NCBI GenBank assembly: GCA_950097015.1
Contig: CATNEN010000039.1
Coordinates: forward strand, 14,074,001-14,138,000
Source of the DNA: Macrostomum hystrix
Taxonomy: Eukaryota; Animalia; Platyhelminthes
Length of the DNA: 64,000 nt
Reading direction: 5' to 3'
Part shown: positions 59,693 through 64,000 of the stretch, in pieces
Layout: every line of letters begins with the position of its first letter
Numbering within the stretch: the first letter of the stretch is position 1
Notes under the pieces: model-generated
Told to the model about the DNA's origin: nothing
Database searches by the model: none
What the model saw: the letters and a program-made list of their open reading frames with translations, nothing else
Position numbers and translations under genes: made by a program

Positions 59693-62020
59693 CTCTATTC
59701 TCTGACACAATCCTCAATTCCCTGACACAAATCCTCTATTCTCTGACACAAATCCTCTATTCTCTGACACAATCCTCAATTCCCTGACACAAATCCTCTA
59801 TTCTCTGACACAATCCTCAATTCCCTGACACAAATCCTCTATTCTCTGACACAAATCCTCTATTCTCTGACACAAATCCTCTATTCTCTGACACAAATCC
59901 TCTATTCTCTGACACAAATCCTCAATTCCCTGACAGACAATCCTCTATTCCCAGACACACAATCCTCTGTTCCCTGACACAATCCTCTATTCTCTGACAC
60001 AAATCCTCTATTCTCTGATACAATCCTCCATTCCCTGACACACAATCCTTAATTCCCTGACAGACAATCCTCTATTCTCTGACACACAATCCTCTATTCT
60101 CTGACACACAATCCTCTATTCCCTGACACACAATCCTCTATTCTCTGACACACAATCCTCTATTCTCTGACACAAATCCTCTATTCTCTGACACAATCCT
60201 CAATTCCCTGACACAAATCCTCTATTCTCTGACACAAATCCTCTATTCTCTGACACAATCCTCAATTCCCTGACACAAATCCTCTATTCTCTGACACAAT
60301 CCTCAATTCCCTGACACAAATCCTCTATTCTCTGACACAAATCCTCTATTCTCTGACACAATCCTCTATTCTCTGACACAAATCCTCTATTCTCTGACAC
60401 AATCCTCAATTCCCTGACACAAATCCTCTATTCTCTGACACACAATCCTCAATTCCCTGACAGACAATCCTCTATTCCCAGACACACAATCCTCTATTCC
60501 CTGACACACAATCCTCTATTCTCTGACACACAATCCTCTATTCCCAGACACACAATCCTCTATTTCCTGGCACACAATCCTCTATTCCCAAACAAAATTC
60601 GCTATTCCCTGACACAATCCTCTATTCCCAGACACACAATCCTCTATTTCCTGGCACACAATCCTCTATTCCCAAACAAAATTCGCTATTCCCTGACACA
60701 ATCCTCTATTATCTGACACAATCCTCTATTCTCTGACACACAATCCTCTATTCCCAGACACACAATCCCCTATTTCCTGACACACAATCCTCTATTCTCT
60801 GACACACAATCCTCTATTCCCTGACACACAATCCTCTATTCTCTGACACACAATCCTCTATTCTCTGACACAAATCCTCTATTCTCTGACACAAATACTC
60901 TATTCTCTGACACAAATCCTCTATTCTCTGACACAAATCCTCAATTCCCTGACAGACAATCCTCTATTCCCAGACACACAATCCTCTGTTCCCTGACACA
61001 ATCCTCTATTTTCTGACACAAATCCTCTATTCTCTGATACAATCCTCCATTCCCTGACACACAATCCTTAATTCCCTGACAGACAATCCTCTATTCTCTG
61101 ACACACAATCCTCTATTCTCTGACACACAATCCTCTATTCCCTGACACACAATCCTCTATTCTCTGACACACAATCCTCTATTCTCTGACACAAATCCTC
61201 TATTCTCTGACACAATCCTCAATTCCCTGACACAAATCCTCTATTCTCTGACACAATCCTCAATTCCCTGACACAAATCCTCTATTCTCTGACACAATCC
61301 TCAATTCCCTGACACAAATCCTCTATTCTCTGACACAAATCCTCTATTCTCTGACACAATCCTCTATTCTCTGACACAAATCCTCTATTCTCTGACACAA
61401 TCCTCAATTCCCTGACACAAATCCTCTATTCTCTGACACACAATCCTCAATTCCCTGACAGACAATCCTCTATTCCCTGACACACAATCCTCTATTCCCT
61501 GACACACAATCCTCTATTCTCTGACACACAATCCTCTATTCCCAGACACACAATCCTCTATTTCCTGGCACACAATCCTCTATTCCCAAACAAAATTCGC
61601 TATTCCCTGACACAATCCTCAATTCCCAGACACACAATCCTCTATTTCCTGACACACAATCCTCTCTTCTCTGACACACAATCCTCTATTTCCTGACACA
61701 CAATCCTCTATTCTCTGACACACAATCCTCTATTTCCTGACACACAATCCTCTATTCTCTGACACACAATCCTCTATTTCCTGACACACAATCCTCTATT
61801 CCCTGACACACAATCCTCTATTCCCTGACACACAATCCTCTATTCTCTGACACACAATCCTCTATTCCCTGACACACAATCCTCTATTCTCTGACACACA
61901 ATCCTCTATTTCCTGGCACACAATCCTCTATTCCCAAACAAAATTCGCTATTCCCTGACACAATCCTCTATTATCTGACACAATCCTCTATTCTCTGACA
62001 CAATCCTCTATTATCAGACC
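59693..62020. repeat. 21-23-bp minisatellite (CTGACACAAATCCTCTATTCT) with an about 1.02-kb higher-order duplication
   Basis: The variant block at about 59920 recurs at about 60940. Confidence 0.94.
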
Positions 62021-62734
62021 ACACGTGAGAATCGTTTCCCATTTTACCATGAGAAATATCTTGATGAGAAAATACTGACGTCAATGCTAAATCAAACAGG
62101 CTTGCAAACGGGCTTAGCAACTAGGAATTAGAATCTGCTCAGTGTTGGCGACTATCCATTTTTCCTTTGTCCCGGGATGTTGAATTTATTATGTTTTTCA
62201 TTGGCATTCTCCCTTTGATCCTGCTATGCTCTCTGCACCTCTGTCACTCTCCCACTGAAATGGACAAATGACATCTAGTAGTAACCGAGAAGGATTGTCT
62301 ACTCGCCCAACCGTTATCCCATTTCCCATTTCCCAATCGCTTAAGCCAGTTTTCACCAACATTTATCCCACAGATATTTCATCTCTGTCAGTCAGGTCTT
62401 TGTTCTCGTTTGAGTTGGCTCACAGAAGCAGATAAATTGCTCTAATGCTTTGATATTTATCTCCCTTTTTTAGTGGAGCACGCGATGTGTTTCCGTTCCG
62501 GTTAGCAACTAGCTAAATGACAGGTAGAACTGCAACCAATAATTCCAGACACTCTTTTGATTTAAAACACTGATTTTTCTGAGGTCAACAATACTTAAAG
62601 CGCTTTTTATTTTGCTTTCTTGCAATTTCAACGTCGAAAAAATAGACACTGCCGCTGTTAGTAGCATGTAGTGCAAGCGGATGCATTATGTTGACAATTA
62701 TATTAACCTTCCGTATCCAAAACGAATGCCCGCA

Positions 62735-63940
62735 TAAGTTCAACGCACTGCTCAATAAGTTCAACGCACTGCTCAATAAGTTCAACGCACTGCTCAATAA
62801 GTTCAACGCACTGCTCAATAAGTTCAACGCACTGCTCAATAAGTTCAATGACACTGCTCAATAAGTTCAACGCACTGCTCAATAAGTTCAACGCACTGCT
62901 CAATAAGTTCAACGCACTGCTCAATAAGTTCAACGCACTGCTCAATAAGTTCAACGCACTGCTCAATAAGTTCAACGCACTGCTCAATAAGTTCAATGAC
63001 ACTGCTCAATAAATTCAACGCACTGCTCAATAAGTTCAACGCACTGCTCAATAAGTTCAACGCACTGCTCAATAAGTTCAACGCACTGCTCAATAAGTTC
63101 AACGCACTGCTCAATAAGTTCAACGCACTGCTCAATAAGTTCAACGCACTGCTCAATAAGTTCAACGCACTGTTCAATAAGTTCAATGACACTGCTCAAT
63201 AAGTTCAACGCACTGCTCAATAAGTTCAACGCACTGCTCAATAAGTTCAATGACACTGCTCAATAAGTTCAACGCACTGCTCAATAAGTTCAATGACACT
63301 GCTCAATAAGTTCAACGCACTGCTCAATAAGTTCAACGCACTGCTCAATAAGTTCAACGCACTGCTCAATAAGTTCAATGACACTGCTCAATAAGTTCAA
63401 CGCACTGCTCAATAAGTTCAATGACACTGCTCAATAAGTTCAACGCACTGCTCAATAAGTTCAACGCACTGCTCAATAAGTTCAACGCACTGCTCAATAA
63501 GTTCAACGCACTGCTCAATAAGTTCAACGCACTGCTCAATAAGTTCAACGCACTGCTCAATAAGTTCAACGCACTGCTCAATAAGTTCAACGCACTGCTC
63601 AATAAGTTCAACGCACTGCTCAATAAGTTCAATGACACTGCTCAATAAGTTCAACGCACTGCTCAATAAGTTCAACGCACTGCTCAATAAGTTCAACGCA
63701 CTGCTCAATAAGTTCAACACACTGCTCAATAAGTTCAATGACACTGCTCAATAAGTTCAACGCACTGCTCAATAAGTTCAACGCACTGCTCAATAAGTTC
63801 AACGCACTGCTCAATAAGTTCAACACACTGCTCAATAAGTTCAATGACACTGCTCAATAAGTTCAATGACACTGCTCAATAAGTTCAACACACTGCTCAA
63901 TAAGTTCAATGACACTGCTCAATAAGTTCAATGACACTGC
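62735..63940. repeat. 21/22-bp minisatellite (CTGCTCAATAAGTTCAACGCA / ...TTCAATGACA)
   Basis: About 56 copies with two interspersed variants. Confidence 0.96.
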
Positions 63941-64000
63941 TTCTCTTAAAGCGGGCATACAGTTTCGAACTGTATCTAAGAGATTTCAAATCGTGGCTTC

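Noticed and set aside
4850-63940. CRISPR arrays
   Set aside because: The repeats are contiguous without unique spacers, the context is eukaryotic and intronic, and there are no cas genes.

Overview
Eukaryotic (metazoan) genomic DNA: GC-rich spliced exons separated by AT-rich spacers and about 30 different minisatellite arrays. This organisation resembles the flatworm Macrostomum, but that assignment is inferred, not verified. Nearly all long ORFs in the track are tandem-repeat artefacts. Five spliced genes can be reconstructed by hand: DNAJC7 (4091-8782, +, GC-AG first intron), a GDPD1/GDPD3-like lysophospholipase D (13312-17365, +), PDIA3/ERp57 (23107-28277, +), and two convergent paralogous C2H2 zinc-finger genes (39261-42513 + and 47571-44344 -). 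There is also one orphan ORF (1056-1559, -). Features not shown by the ORF track: (i) three box C/D snoRNAs in one GDPD intron whose guide predicts the 18S site equivalent to human Am1678 (SNORD82-like); (ii) homologous minisatellites in inverted orientation on both sides of the frame-symmetric exon 4 of DNAJC7; (iii) a 394-bp inverted tract with only 4 synonymous mismatches shared by the otherwise diverged zinc-finger paralogs (gene conversion, possible hairpin dsRNA); (iv) tRNA-derived SINEs with target-site duplications, one nested in an older CORE-like SINE; (v) apparent snapshots of minisatellites arising from local sequence.
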